Origin: a virus
Virus record (IMG/VR): IMGVR_UViG_3300045988_123091
Span: 1 to 37,478 of that record
Length of the DNA: 37,478 bases
Direction: 5' to 3' (one strand)
The position numbers and the translations under genes were made by a program. How positions within the stretch are numbered: the first letter of the stretch is position 1; each line of letters begins with the position of its first letter. The notes under the pieces were generated by a model. That model did not search any database, had not been told where the DNA came from, and saw only the letters and a list, made by a program, of their open reading frames with translations. Shown in pieces: positions 14,832-24,704 of this stretch.

Positions 14832-15355
14832 TCAACCCCAAAAGTTATCGATGTCTTCCTGTGTAGCGTCTCTTGAATCTACCGCTTTTTCATCGCTTAC
14901 GGTATTTAGATATGTAATTACAATATCTAATACTTCACCTATATCCATATGATCAATATCATGGATGGTTAGGCCTACTTTAAGTGCTGCAATTACTAAT
15001 TCGTAGAATGTTGCACTTTCTTCACTGGATTCTTTTTTTTTCCTTTCACAATCCCTGACGAGCTATCAAATAACAAGTCAGTAATTTGTGGCATAGCTTT
15101 CATAATAGAAAAAGGTGTTTCAAATCCATCTAACCAATCCTCGAAATCTTTAATCTTTGGATTGGCCGTCTTTGCCAACACCCAGGCAAGTTCATTGATA
15201 ACTTCTCCATCAACTTGCTCACCATTCTTCAATTTATCTAAACTATAAATGGTACTTAAAAGGTCCTTTTTGAATTCGCGAGCATAGATGCGACCTGTCA
15301 TTCCACTTGATCTCATTGGAATTTTCTTATTTTCGATTGTAACTACTTTAAACAT
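14832..15355 (-). CDS. Tail assembly chaperone, -1 frameshift product (gpGT-like)
   Basis: The -1 frame is open from the slippery site for 66 codons (ESSEESATFYELVIAALKVGLTIHDIDHMDIGEVLDIVITYLNTVSDEKAVDSRDATQEDIDNFWG) with no start codon of its own. It ends 38 nt before the tape measure ATG. Confidence 0.6.
14996..15355 (-). CDS. Tail assembly chaperone (gpG-like, short product)
   Basis: 119 aa between the major tail and tape measure genes. Contains the slippery run near its 3' end. Confidence 0.7.
   Translation of the reverse strand: MFKVVTIENKKIPMRSSGMTGRIYAREFKKDLLSTIYSLDKLKNGEQVDGEVINELAWVLAKTANPKIKDFEDWLDGFETPFSIMKAMPQITDLLFDSSSGIVKGKKKNPVKKVQHSTN
15032..15038 (-). promoter_or_regulatory. 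Programmed -1 ribosomal frameshift heptamer A_AAA_AAG
   Basis: Minus strand reads GGA AAA AAA AAG AAT (A9 run plus G). The heptamer is in the X_XXY_YYZ register relative to the zero frame. Confidence 0.6.
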
Positions 15356-15381
15356 ATTTGCTCTCCTTGCTTATTTTCAAA

Positions 15382-15963
15382 CTAGGCAGCTACTGTGAAG
15401 GTTGGTGCTGTTGGCGCTTTTGTTAGAAGCGTGTCGTAGTTGCTATCACCTTTATGAACTGCCGATTTAATGATTCCTGAACCATCTAACAATGGTAATG
15501 AATCGATAGATAATTTGCTTGTGTAGATTGTTCTCTTATCTTCTGTTGTTTTCAAATCATATCCAGGCTTGCTAGTGACTTCGTTCAAGAATACAACGTG
15601 ATATGTTGGGTTCTTGTCTGATTCGATTCTAAAGATCATACCAAATGGTTTTGGTTCATCAGAATCTGATTCAACAAGGTTTCCTTCAGTGGATTTTCGC
15701 ATACCCATATATTTTGTGTAGAAGTCATCCTGGAACAGATACATTTCAAGTTCTGATGAATATCCTTTGTCGTCACGAGAAATGTAATATACATGGTTGT
15801 CTGCATAGATTTTTTCTACGTTTACGTTTGGATCCATCTTTAAAGATGCAGTACCTTCTAGTCTTTCAGGCGTGCCGAACGTATATGTTCCATCTGCATA
15901 TTCAACAGAAAAAACGTGCAAATCCTGTAGACCGTATCTAATTTTTTCTTTAGCCGTCATCAT
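15382..15963 (-). CDS. Major tail protein
   Basis: 193 aa, immediately upstream of the chaperone pair. Size and position are typical of phi13/TP901-type major tail proteins. Confidence 0.65.
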   Translation of the reverse strand: MMTAKEKIRYGLQDLHVFSVEYADGTYTFGTPERLEGTASLKMDPNVNVEKIYADNHVYYISRDDKGYSSELEMYLFQDDFYTKYMGMRKSTEGNLVESDSDEPKPFGMIFRIESDKNPTYHVVFLNEVTSKPGYDLKTTEDKRTIYTSKLSIDSLPLLDGSGIIKSAVHKGDSNYDTLLTKAPTAPTFTVAA

Positions 15964-16352
15964 TTTCCTCCTATTTTTCTTTCTACCCTTTCAGGTAGTT
16001 CATCATTGATAAATTTATCGGCCTTGCCAAAATGCTCCTGTGGCTTTGTACGACCACCATTGCGAGTGGCATGACCATGCTCCAATAAATGCGTAAGCCT
16101 GTAATGTGGAGCTTCCGCATAAAGTACATTTGTTTTATTAGTGAGTGTCTCGCTCACTTTTTTCTTTTTTAAAGCTTTTTTATATTCGCCCGCACGCTTG
16201 CCTTTACCGACTGGTGCTGCGTCTTTCAATATGCCTAATGCTTCATCTGTAACATCATCGACAATGTCTTTCACATCTTCGTAAACGTCGTCTGCATATT
16301 CTTTTAAAATGTCATTCACGGCATTTGAAAATTCATTGATTGCTACTTTCAT
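15960..16352 (-). CDS. HK97 gp10-family head-tail joining / tail completion protein
   Basis: DAAPVGKGKRAGEYKKAL...YAEAPHYRLTHLLEHGH pattern, and position in the module. Confidence 0.55.
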   Translation of the reverse strand: MKVAINEFSNAVNDILKEYADDVYEDVKDIVDDVTDEALGILKDAAPVGKGKRAGEYKKALKKKKVSETLTNKTNVLYAEAPHYRLTHLLEHGHATRNGGRTKPQEHFGKADKFINDELPERVERKIGGK

Positions 16353-16663
16353 GCTAATGAATACCTCGTGTCTAACATCTTTTCTTCATCAATCCATACC
16401 TGGTACTCTTTTTCCCAGGCATAGCCTAGTCTGTCGAATGTCTTTTCTAGCTTTGAACATGATTGCCTTAAGTCTTCACAACAATAGAATTCAAGCGAAA
16501 ACACTTCCACGCTTTCATATACATGGTTGTCTGCAAATTCGTTTTCTGTCGTGACTCCAGGAATAATCAAAAAAGGAGGTTCAACATCATGTGTGAAATG
16601 CGTATATGCGATTAGGTAGCCTTCTTTTTCTAAATCAGACATTACCTGTTCTACGGTCAACAT
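16349..16663 (-). CDS. Hypothetical head-tail joining module protein
   Basis: Called on synteny alone. Start and stop overlap the neighbouring genes, which suggests translational coupling. Confidence 0.45.
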   Translation of the reverse strand: MLTVEQVMSDLEKEGYLIAYTHFTHDVEPPFLIIPGVTTENEFADNHVYESVEVFSLEFYCCEDLRQSCSKLEKTFDRLGYAWEKEYQVWIDEEKMLDTRYSLA

Positions 16664-17006
16664 ATTTGATTGCTCCTTTCACTAGTGTTAATTGATACGA
16701 TTTTGGTGCAGTGTCCATACGTTCAGATAATTGCTTGATTTCAAAAATCTGTTTTTCTCCACTGCTAAAATCTGTCAATTCAACAACATCATTCTGTTTT
16801 ATTGAATGAATAAAAGGGATTGAAATCACTGTTTGGATTTCAACCCCTGCTGCATAAGCTTTCCAAAATCTAGAAAAACTTTTAGCGTCTTGATGATAAT
16901 GAATGTTTTCCATACGATTCGAGCGAATAACTCTGTCCTCGACCTCAAGGACATTAATCGCTCCATTATTAAATGTGAGTGTTTGATTCTGCTTTTTTAC
17001 TAGCAT
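16635..17006 (-). CDS. Putative head closure / head-tail adaptor protein
   Basis: Size and position after the gp6-like connector. Confidence 0.45.
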   Translation of the reverse strand: MLVKKQNQTLTFNNGAINVLEVEDRVIRSNRMENIHYHQDAKSFSRFWKAYAAGVEIQTVISIPFIHSIKQNDVVELTDFSSGEKQIFEIKQLSERMDTAPKSYQLTLVKGAIKYVDRRTGNV

Positions 17007-17298
17007 ATCTGTTCACCCTCGCTCTCGTATGTAATGCATTGATTTCGCTCTGATAGTTCTTATAGAAGTCATCTAGCATATTTTCAAGCGCATACTGACA
17101 ACGGGTGAACATTAATGCTTTCTGAGTGCTTGGTACAGAATAATCGAAATCGTTGTCACCGGTAAACCGGGCGATATCAACAATAGAGTCCTTTAGAAAG
17201 AACTCTATTTTCTTCGTTGTATCCTCGTCGCACCATGCCATATCCACTCTGATTTTATATTCATCAATCAGAGTTTTGATAATTTCATCCGTTGGCAT
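16969..17298 (-). CDS. gp6-like head-tail connector protein
   Basis: 109 aa directly after the capsid gene. N-terminal pattern EIIKTLIDEYKIRVDMAWCDEDTTKKIEFFLKDSIVDI is typical of this family. Confidence 0.55.
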   Translation of the reverse strand: MPTDEIIKTLIDEYKIRVDMAWCDEDTTKKIEFFLKDSIVDIARFTGDNDFDYSVPSTQKALMFTRCQYALENMLDDFYKNYQSEINALHTRARVNRYASKKAESNTHI

Positions 17299-17306
17299 TT
17301 ATACAC

Positions 17307-18503
17307 CTAGGCAGCTACTGCTGTATCTGTTACTTGAGTAACATGAATTGTAGCTGGCTTTAACTTAGTGATATCTAACACAACGAATGAGTGTTTATCT
17401 TTTGGCTTACCGTTCGCATACAATTTAGATAAGTAAACTCGGTTGTCGTCTAAGAATTGACAAGAATCATCGTATTTGATTACTCCATCTTTTGAATCCA
17501 TGCCGATTCCTAAGAAGTAGTATTTACCCATGCCGACAATTGCTTTTCCTTCAGGAACTGCGATTGATTGAATTACTTTAGTTGGATAAGGTAAAACATC
17601 GTTTCTATAAGTTCCGTCTGCTCCACGAACTGTAGTTGCAGGGAATACTTTATTGAAGTAATCGTTAGGATTAACAATCATAATTACATTGCTAACTGTA
17701 CGAGGCTTGTCGTTTTCAGATAATGCCAATTTAGCTAATACACTGCCATAAGTAGTTGGTTCTAAATCAGTTACTTTGATTGCAGTCTGTGCAGTATAAG
17801 TAGTTACTCCAGTTGCAACTGCTCCTGCTTTAGAGAAGTCAATCATCATACCTAAACATCCACTATCAGATTTTAAGTTATTAACGACTGCATCTTCTAA
17901 ACCACATGCCATGCATTCAGATAATACTGTACGAATATAGCTTTCCAACCATACTGGTCCTAAATCTAACATTGCTTTAGATACAGGAATAAATGCAGAT
18001 AACTTCAATAAAGACATATCTAATTCTTCAAAAGAAGAGCTCATTTCTTCTTTAATTTTATCTGTTAATTTACCCCATGTAGCTTTTTGAGATGGGTTCT
18101 TATTGATTAAGTATTTGATTAATCCTTGTGTATTTTGAATATCCAACTCTGCTAACAATTCGTGGTTTGTCTGCAAATCTTCAAAAATCGCATTGATTTC
18201 AGTTTCTGGCATTACAACATCGATATTTGTGATAGCTTGTTTTGGATTATCTGAACGCATTGCAGTAGCCAATGCTTCGAAGAATTTACTTTCTACAGAA
18301 GTTAATTGGCGCACTCCGCGAGAAGCCAAAATCTCACGATCAGAAACCTGTGCTAATTCTGCTGCTTTCTGAAGCACTTGAGATTCTACATTTTCTGACA
18401 ATTCAACCATTGCGTCTTTAAAAGAATCAACATTCTGGTCGCGCATTGCCTGCAACATTTTGTTTAAAATTTCTTCCTTTTTTTCTTTGATTGCTAATGA
18501 CAT
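17307..18503 (-). CDS. Major capsid protein (HK97 fold family)
   Basis: 398 aa after the ClpP-type prohead protease. Coiled-coil delta-like N-terminus. AAAGGAGGAAAAATT RBS. Confidence 0.85.
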   Translation of the reverse strand: MSLAIKEKKEEILNKMLQAMRDQNVDSFKDAMVELSENVESQVLQKAAELAQVSDREILASRGVRQLTSVESKFFEALATAMRSDNPKQAITNIDVVMPETEINAIFEDLQTNHELLAELDIQNTQGLIKYLINKNPSQKATWGKLTDKIKEEMSSSFEELDMSLLKLSAFIPVSKAMLDLGPVWLESYIRTVLSECMACGLEDAVVNNLKSDSGCLGMMIDFSKAGAVATGVTTYTAQTAIKVTDLEPTTYGSVLAKLALSENDKPRTVSNVIMIVNPNDYFNKVFPATTVRGADGTYRNDVLPYPTKVIQSIAVPEGKAIVGMGKYYFLGIGMDSKDGVIKYDDSCQFLDDNRVYLSKLYANGKPKDKHSFVVLDITKLKPATIHVTQVTDTAVAA

Positions 18504-18524
18504 AATTTTTCCTCCTTTTGTTCA

Positions 18525-19205
18525 TTAAAAAAACCAACCGTTTGTTTTCTGTCCTACTGGTGGTACATTCGGTTGGTTATCTAGCTTAGCTTGTGGCTCG
18601 TTTTTCTGTAATTTCTGTTTTGGATCAACTCCGATAATTTCGTCGCATAAACCATAGTCGTAACACATTTGAGCCGTTAAATATGTTTCTTCATCCAATA
18701 ACTCATCTAATGTTTCTTTCGGTAGCTTGTCTTTAGCTTTACTTAGATAAGCGATTTTTGAAGATTCCATGATTCCGTCCATCTGATCTGCAATTTTTCT
18801 GAGTTCATTTGCATTTCCTTGACAGTAAGTCCAACAGTTATGGATCATCATTTGAGATGTAGGATACATCTTAACTGTATCTCCTGCCATTGCGATTACA
18901 CTGGCAATTGATGCAGCCAATCCATCAATGATGACGTTGATTGTTTTCCCTGAACCTTTTAAAACGTTGTGAATTGTGATTCCTTCAAATACAAATCCTC
19001 CGTTTGAATTGATATGCACATTGATTGTGTCAACATCCTGGTTTTCTCTTAAGAACTGAGTAATGGATTCTGCACTGATTCCACTTGTTTTTCCTGTCCA
19101 CCAGTCATATTCTTCGCCAATATCGTCATACAGTTCCAAATCCGCTTCATTTTTCATTTCCGGATTAAGTTGCATTCTCATCTTCATCACTCTAATCTTT
19201 GGCAT
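18525..19205 (-). CDS. Prohead serine protease (ClpP / S14 family)
   Basis: INSNGGFVFEGITIHNVLKGSGKTINVIIDGLAASIASVIAMAGD...MIHN. GGAGG lies 8 nt before the ATG at 19205. Confidence 0.85.
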   Translation of the reverse strand: MPKIRVMKMRMQLNPEMKNEADLELYDDIGEEYDWWTGKTSGISAESITQFLRENQDVDTINVHINSNGGFVFEGITIHNVLKGSGKTINVIIDGLAASIASVIAMAGDTVKMYPTSQMMIHNCWTYCQGNANELRKIADQMDGIMESSKIAYLSKAKDKLPKETLDELLDEETYLTAQMCYDYGLCDEIIGVDPKQKLQKNEPQAKLDNQPNVPPVGQKTNGWFF

Positions 19206-20358
19206 TGTCATCTCCTCCTTTCATAGATTTCAAAAGCTCGTCGATTGTCGCATAGTTCTTTGTCATGAAGTATTGCTTACTCCACTCCTCATCAAGTGGC
19301 TCTTGACCTAACGCTACACGGATATCGTCAATGCAGAAACAACCGCTAGACACTAATTTGTCAACTGCTGCGGATACATCAAATAAATCCACGTGCTTGA
19401 TTAAACTTGTATTGAATCGAACAAAATATCCTTTCAGATACTTCGCTTTTGAATAAAGCTTGCGGTTCAACTCATCAGAGATGAGCTCAACCAATGGATC
19501 AATGACAAACGTAAGTAAATCATCGACCGCTTTTGATGTGTCGGCCACTTCTCCAATGGCCAACTGTTTAGAGATTCCGAAAGCCATGGCCGTCATTTCA
19601 ATGACATCGTCATATAGCTTGCGAATATCTCTTGTGTCTCCTGTAGATTTAGTCTGCGGAAGAGCTTCGTAATCGTATCCACGTAACAGTGGAAGTACTG
19701 CGTTTGGTGATGAGAAGAAAGCTTTAAAATCTTCATTCAACATTTCGTTCAATGTTTCTTCAAAATCTTCTGCACCCTCTGCGAATTGGTCGATACGCAA
19801 TAAGCCTTTATTGCCATGCGAAGCGTTGTAATTCGCATATGCCGTATTGATCAGCTTTCCATAGAATGTATTGATACCATCCACTAGACTTTTGATACGC
19901 ACATCATTCAATTTAAAATAAAAAACTTCAGACATTCTGAAGCTCTTGTCTAAACTAAAACCATTGATCACTACGCTTTTAAACGAGTGTTCATAAAATG
20001 CGCCTGTTTCATCATAGAAGAAACTGTCGGCCACATATAATTCATCGTTGACTGGAACAATGATTGCTTGATTGTCGTTATATAAACGATTAATAAGCTT
20101 GTTCCAAAACTGCGTTGCATTTTGATTTTGGTTAGGTTGGACATTCCACCTATACCATTCATCGCTCTTTTTCTTCTTTCCGTTCTCATACGTCATGATT
20201 TCGCATTTTGATATAGCAGATGCTACACGATTCACCATCATACTAAATGCCAATTCACGAATATAATATTCAGATATCAATTCATAGCTAACTGGCTTAA
20301 TGTCTGATTTAGAAGACGTATTTTTACCGATTAAGAATTTAAATATATCCCATGCCAT
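19192..20358 (-). CDS. Portal protein (HK97 family)
   Basis: 388 aa between the large terminase and the protease. TAGGAGGTGAGTAA RBS. Confidence 0.8.
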   Translation of the reverse strand: MAWDIFKFLIGKNTSSKSDIKPVSYELISEYYIRELAFSMMVNRVASAISKCEIMTYENGKKKKSDEWYRWNVQPNQNQNATQFWNKLINRLYNDNQAIIVPVNDELYVADSFFYDETGAFYEHSFKSVVINGFSLDKSFRMSEVFYFKLNDVRIKSLVDGINTFYGKLINTAYANYNASHGNKGLLRIDQFAEGAEDFEETLNEMLNEDFKAFFSSPNAVLPLLRGYDYEALPQTKSTGDTRDIRKLYDDVIEMTAMAFGISKQLAIGEVADTSKAVDDLLTFVIDPLVELISDELNRKLYSKAKYLKGYFVRFNTSLIKHVDLFDVSAAVDKLVSSGCFCIDDIRVALGQEPLDEEWSKQYFMTKNYATIDELLKSMKGGDDNAKD

Positions 20359-20374
20359 TTACTCACCTCCTAAA

Positions 20375-22057
20375 TCAATACACATGTACTCTTACACGCT
20401 TTCTTCTATTCCCTGGAGCAACCATATTTGAAAGCCTAGACTCTCCACACATAGCTGCTACCAATGCCATAAAAGGATCAGTTTTCCTTGTGCAGCGCTC
20501 AATCTTTCCAAACATGAAGTTGCCTGTATCGGCTTCTCCGGTTGCTGAAAGAACAGACTTTTTAGCTCGTACAAGTTTAACGTTATTCGTGGCCCACCTT
20601 AGACATGGATTATCGCCCCAATGGAAATACTGATTCGTGAAACATCTATCTATGATTGGATAGACTTTCATAATATCACTTGGCCGAACTAGAATAATGT
20701 TCTTGTTTTCGATTGAGAATCCAATCACTTCTAGATATTCACGCATCAAGGCGAAGCGATAGTTATCCAATGCGACGGCTTTTACATAATACTTTTTCTG
20801 CAAAGTTGAAATGTATTCCATGATGATTCTTGGGTCAATCTCGGGTTCATCAATGATGGATATATGTCCGTTTAACTCCCACTCGCCTAAAGGGGGTTTT
20901 AGTCGAGGAAAGTCATATGACTGTTTGCACGCCCATGCATGGTTGATATCATAACGATTATCATCGCATTTGAAGTGTGCATCCACACCAATCCAGTCAT
21001 TTGTTGTCGCAAAGTCGATTCCGACAATGCATTCATAGCCTGTTAAATTGGGGATTTCTTTGTTTGTGGCTTTGATATTTTCCCAAGATGTCACTGTGAT
21101 CAAAGAACTTGTCTCACGAATATTCATTCTTTTTGTCATGAAAGCCGGAAGCCTTGCAGGATTCTTTTTCCATTCGACATATTCTTTTCTGATTTCATCC
21201 ATTAAAGAAGGCCGATACATCAGTGAAGGATTGGCTTTATGCCAATTCACTTCATCATCCACTTCTTCTTTAGAATCTAGGCAACACAAAAAAGGCAACA
21301 TTCCATTGTCCGGAGAGTCGCCGTTCAATATGTCGTAGCAATCCTTTAAGAGCTCATCCAATGGGCCGTCTACCACATCACCATTTGTGGTAAATATGGA
21401 CCTTCTTGGCTCTTCAACTTTACCTAAACCGGTCGTGAATACGTTGATGTTCTCGTAGTTTTCATAAGCATGATACTCATTGAAAATTACCACACCGCTT
21501 CGCAGGCCATCCTTTCCTTTGGCATTGTTTGTATGCCCGTGGATTACAGAATTCTGCTTTAATCCGGTCACCGATTCTTTTGTCCATTTGTAGAATTTAG
21601 AAAGCACATTCTTTTTATTTTCAAAGGCATCATATAGGTCTTTTACAGGTCGAGTAGCCTGGTCTTCGTTATTGGCACAAATATCAACATTGTACCTTGA
21701 TACCGGGTTGTATGGGCTAGCAAGTGCCATTGATTCAATACTAATTACACCATCTTTTCCTGCTCCACGGCCAATCAAACATACTAGATCAGACCATCTT
21801 GGCAGTCCGTCTGCACGGTATACACATAGGTGTAATCCGAGCACGAACTCTTCCCATTCAAATAATTTAAGGCCTAAATATTTGGATAATCCAAAGTATT
21901 TTTTTGCTCTTTCTTCATATACTGTAAGCTCCTCAAATTCGAATGCTGGAAGGATGATGTTGTCTCTTAGCTTGAATTGCCATTTGCAAAAATGTTCCGG
22001 ATAATCATCCATTAATTGAAAATAACTGCGTACAAAAAAAGGCAGATTACAACTCAT
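20375..22057 (-). CDS. terL: Terminase large subunit
   Basis: 560 aa. Walker-A-like GRGAGKDG. Nuclease-half acidic motifs (VGIDFATTNDW). Start overlaps the TerS stop. Confidence 0.85.
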   Translation of the reverse strand: MSCNLPFFVRSYFQLMDDYPEHFCKWQFKLRDNIILPAFEFEELTVYEERAKKYFGLSKYLGLKLFEWEEFVLGLHLCVYRADGLPRWSDLVCLIGRGAGKDGVISIESMALASPYNPVSRYNVDICANNEDQATRPVKDLYDAFENKKNVLSKFYKWTKESVTGLKQNSVIHGHTNNAKGKDGLRSGVVIFNEYHAYENYENINVFTTGLGKVEEPRRSIFTTNGDVVDGPLDELLKDCYDILNGDSPDNGMLPFLCCLDSKEEVDDEVNWHKANPSLMYRPSLMDEIRKEYVEWKKNPARLPAFMTKRMNIRETSSLITVTSWENIKATNKEIPNLTGYECIVGIDFATTNDWIGVDAHFKCDDNRYDINHAWACKQSYDFPRLKPPLGEWELNGHISIIDEPEIDPRIIMEYISTLQKKYYVKAVALDNYRFALMREYLEVIGFSIENKNIILVRPSDIMKVYPIIDRCFTNQYFHWGDNPCLRWATNNVKLVRAKKSVLSATGEADTGNFMFGKIERCTRKTDPFMALVAAMCGESRLSNMVAPGNRRKRVRVHVY

Positions 22058-22376
22058 AATCGTCGCCTGCCGTGATGTTCTCGCTTGGCTTGATTCCTAA
22101 GTAATCTAGCAGTTTTAACATCTGCTGATTTGTCTTAAGCAATAAGTCACACGATTCATTTTTCTTTGTAACTACTTTTCCTGAAGAGTTTGGGTATTCT
22201 ACAATCGAACCACGTTTGTCGATGTCGTCTTGATAGATATAAACCTGTTTGGCCATGTAAATGTAATCATCAACTAAACTCTGATAATGCTGTCCCTGTA
22301 AATCTTTTTGTTTCAATTGGTCCAATAAATCTCGTTTAATTCTTTTTATGATCGTATCTCTTCCTGGTTTTGCCAT
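22047..22376 (-). CDS. terS: Terminase small subunit (P27 family-like)
   Basis: About 109 aa. GGGAGGAGG RBS before the ATG at 22376. The HNH-TerS-TerL arrangement is typical of cos/HNH-dependent packaging. Confidence 0.7.
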   Translation of the reverse strand: MAKPGRDTIIKRIKRDLLDQLKQKDLQGQHYQSLVDDYIYMAKQVYIYQDDIDKRGSIVEYPNSSGKVVTKKNESCDLLLKTNQQMLKLLDYLGIKPSENITAGDDYEL

Positions 22377-22490
22377 GGCTGCACCTCCTCCCATTTTTTC
22401 TCATATGCGCGAAAAAAGATGAAATGTGAAGTCCCCACTACCGTTCTCCCATTATGAGAAATTAGGTCCGATTTTTTCGACCGGGGGGTA

Positions 22491-22874
22491 TCACCATAAT
22501 TCATCATTCGTTTCTTTCTTACGCTTTAGTTCTTCAATATGCTTACGGAACTTCACTTGCTTCTCAGGATGAACCTCATCATGACAAGAGTTGCATAGAC
22601 TAACAAGATTCCTTGTTCCATCCTCTAACCATATCTCTAGACCAATGTCTGGTCTGTCTTCAAGATGATTGACATGATGCACCATGTCAGCTTTGCGGAT
22701 ACGATGATACACTTCTTTGCATCTCTGACATTCGTTGTGGTCAATGGACATGACCAATGCTCTTGTCTTCTTCCAACGATTAGAGTTGTAGAACCTATGC
22801 TTGTTGTCAGTACTGATACACTCGACTGCAAAAGCTATATCACTCTCATCCATACGTCTTTTCATTTTTGCCAT
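22491..22874 (-). CDS. HNH endonuclease (packaging-associated)
   Basis: CQRC...HHVNHLEDRP...LVSLCNSCHDEVH. GAGGTGG RBS before the ATG at 22874. Confidence 0.85.
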   Translation of the reverse strand: MAKMKRRMDESDIAFAVECISTDNKHRFYNSNRWKKTRALVMSIDHNECQRCKEVYHRIRKADMVHHVNHLEDRPDIGLEIWLEDGTRNLVSLCNSCHDEVHPEKQVKFRKHIEELKRKKETNDELW

Positions 22875-22963
22875 GATTCCACCTCGCAAAGACAGTCAGA
22901 CGTTTGCATGTTCATATAAACTTTTGTCAGCAAGGAGAGCTTCTCTGACTGCCTGTGCCAAAT

Positions 22964-22987
22964 AAAAAAAGCACATGTGCGTGCTTT
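22964..22987 (-). terminator. Rho-independent terminator ending the early/middle operon
   Basis: Minus strand reads aaagcac-gcacat-gtgcttt followed by a T run (TTTTTTTATTT). Confidence 0.6.
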
Positions 22988-23236
22988 CAATGTGCAAAAG
23001 ATTCGTTGCTTGGCTTTTTCGAATCTTTTACGGTACTAATATACCACGGAAAAGTGGTGGCCAATGGCTACTCTTTCACTTTTTTTGTATAATTTAACTT
23101 GAAAGTGAGGTACATAATGAATTCATCTAAACCAAAGACGGATGTTCCATCCAATTCACAAACACGTACAGGGCTTGGATCAACATCTCCGAGAAGACCG
23201 AATCCATCAACTACTAAAAAGCCAAGATAGGCTTTT

Positions 23237-23845
23237 TTATTTTGGTTCAGGAATAATAACAATCTTGATTTGTTTATCTACATTCACATACACTTCAACG
23301 TTATCGTTACTCTCACACTTATCCATGGCTTCGTCAAATGTCAATTTTTCCAATCCTGGAAAAGGATAGACAGAAAATTCATAAGTTTTACTTTTTTGAT
23401 TCTCCCATCCCATGCATCCATGAATCAGTAAATTGTTGGTTCTCAAATCATATACATAAACAAACAAAACTTCATCTCTGTCAAATAAAATTGTCTTAAC
23501 AGATTTTGGACTGAATGTTCCACCACCAAATGAACCTTTTCTTTTTTCACTGATGTAATCTGTGTATTTGTTAATAACCCATGGGAACAAAGTAAATGAT
23601 AGGAACAGAGTTAATGCAAGTGTTATCGCAATGCTTAAAGCAATACTCCATTTGAGTACATCTGTCAGTAAGAAGCATAAAGCTAGATTAAACAATGAAA
23701 ATAATCCAAGGACAAACACTTTGCCACTTGAATCATTTTCGTTGATGTTTATTGAGTTTAAGTTTTCAAGAATAAAATAATTAACATATCCACATCCGCC
23801 TGCAGTTACAAACGCTAAAATCATCTGTTTTAATAAATCTTCCAT
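23237..23845 (-). CDS. Membrane protein (3 N-terminal TM helices plus a soluble C-terminal domain), function unknown
   Basis: Hydrophobicity pattern. It is the last gene before the early-operon terminator. Confidence 0.55.
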   Translation of the reverse strand: MEDLLKQMILAFVTAGGCGYVNYFILENLNSININENDSSGKVFVLGLFSLFNLALCFLLTDVLKWSIALSIAITLALTLFLSFTLFPWVINKYTDYISEKRKGSFGGGTFSPKSVKTILFDRDEVLFVYVYDLRTNNLLIHGCMGWENQKSKTYEFSVYPFPGLEKLTFDEAMDKCESNDNVEVYVNVDKQIKIVIIPEPK

Positions 23846-23862
23846 GCATTCAACCTGTCTTT

Positions 23863-24297
23863 CTATAATATATTTTTAATCATAGCATGAATATGTTTCT
23901 TTAAGCCACTGCGACTAAATCCATATTTGTCGGCCACATCATACTGTGACATTCTAAAGAAGTATAAATCATACATGATGTTCATATCAGTGTGCCCTAA
24001 TAATTCAAATGGCTTACACTCATTGATTCTTTTCTGATAATAGATAATTTCTTTTTCACATTCTTCAATCGTTCCAAGTAAAGCCAACTTGGATGTGAAT
24101 GTTCTTTGATATGTTGGCATTGGAAGGTTTGACTTCATCTGCTCTTTTGATAAGTTCTCAGATTCATGACTCAATCCTAACAACTTATGATTCAATACTT
24201 CCAACTCCTGATTTAATTCAATGATTCTGTGGCAACAGTAATCTAAGGCTTTGAAATCCCCGATAAACTGCGCCACAGTCTTGGATACCTCAATCAT
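23863..24297 (-). CDS. ArpU/RinA-like late transcriptional regulator (sigma region-4-like HTH)
   Basis: C-terminal HTH (YDVADKYGFSRSGLKKHIHAMIKNIL). About 144 aa. Located just upstream of the packaging module. Confidence 0.45.
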   Translation of the reverse strand: MIEVSKTVAQFIGDFKALDYCCHRIIELNQELEVLNHKLLGLSHESENLSKEQMKSNLPMPTYQRTFTSKLALLGTIEECEKEIIYYQKRINECKPFELLGHTDMNIMYDLYFFRMSQYDVADKYGFSRSGLKKHIHAMIKNIL

Positions 24298-24562
24298 GTT
24301 GTCCCTTTTGGATTTCAGACATACGACACCAAGGAACATCTGAAGAATACTTGCTATCAATCTTTTTATGTAGATTGAAATTAGTTTGTCTCAATCCACA
24401 GTTCTCTCGCTCAAGTTTCGAAAACTCTTGTTTGATATAGTCTAATTGTTTCTGAGCTGCTTCTCTCATGCCACCTCTTTCGTATGTCATGACATCAATC
24501 AACTCTTTCAAACAATCAAATGCATCATCTGCAATTTTATTATGCAATACTACTTGTTTCAT
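24290..24562 (-). CDS. Hypothetical coiled-coil protein
   Basis: ORF in an operon context. No motif recognised. Confidence 0.45.
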   Translation of the reverse strand: MKQVVLHNKIADDAFDCLKELIDVMTYERGGMREAAQKQLDYIKQEFSKLERENCGLRQTNFNLHKKIDSKYSSDVPWCRMSEIQKGQHD

Positions 24563-24704
24563 AGCCTACCCCCACTAATACAACGAAAACAAAAAACATA
24601 AACCTTTAACAATATTTGAAACAATCCATACTGCACCACAACACATTGCTGTAAATACCCAAATATACAATATTCCAAATACAACCAATAATACTAACTG
24701 CCAA

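Noticed and set aside
23068-23262. 64-aa minus-strand ORF, and an alternative 37-codon plus-strand ORF (ATG at about 23118 with a TGTATAAT-like box upstream), between the membrane protein and the terminator
   Set aside because: Neither has convincing composition or a recognisable motif, and the two overlap each other. I cannot decide from sequence alone, so neither is called as a feature.
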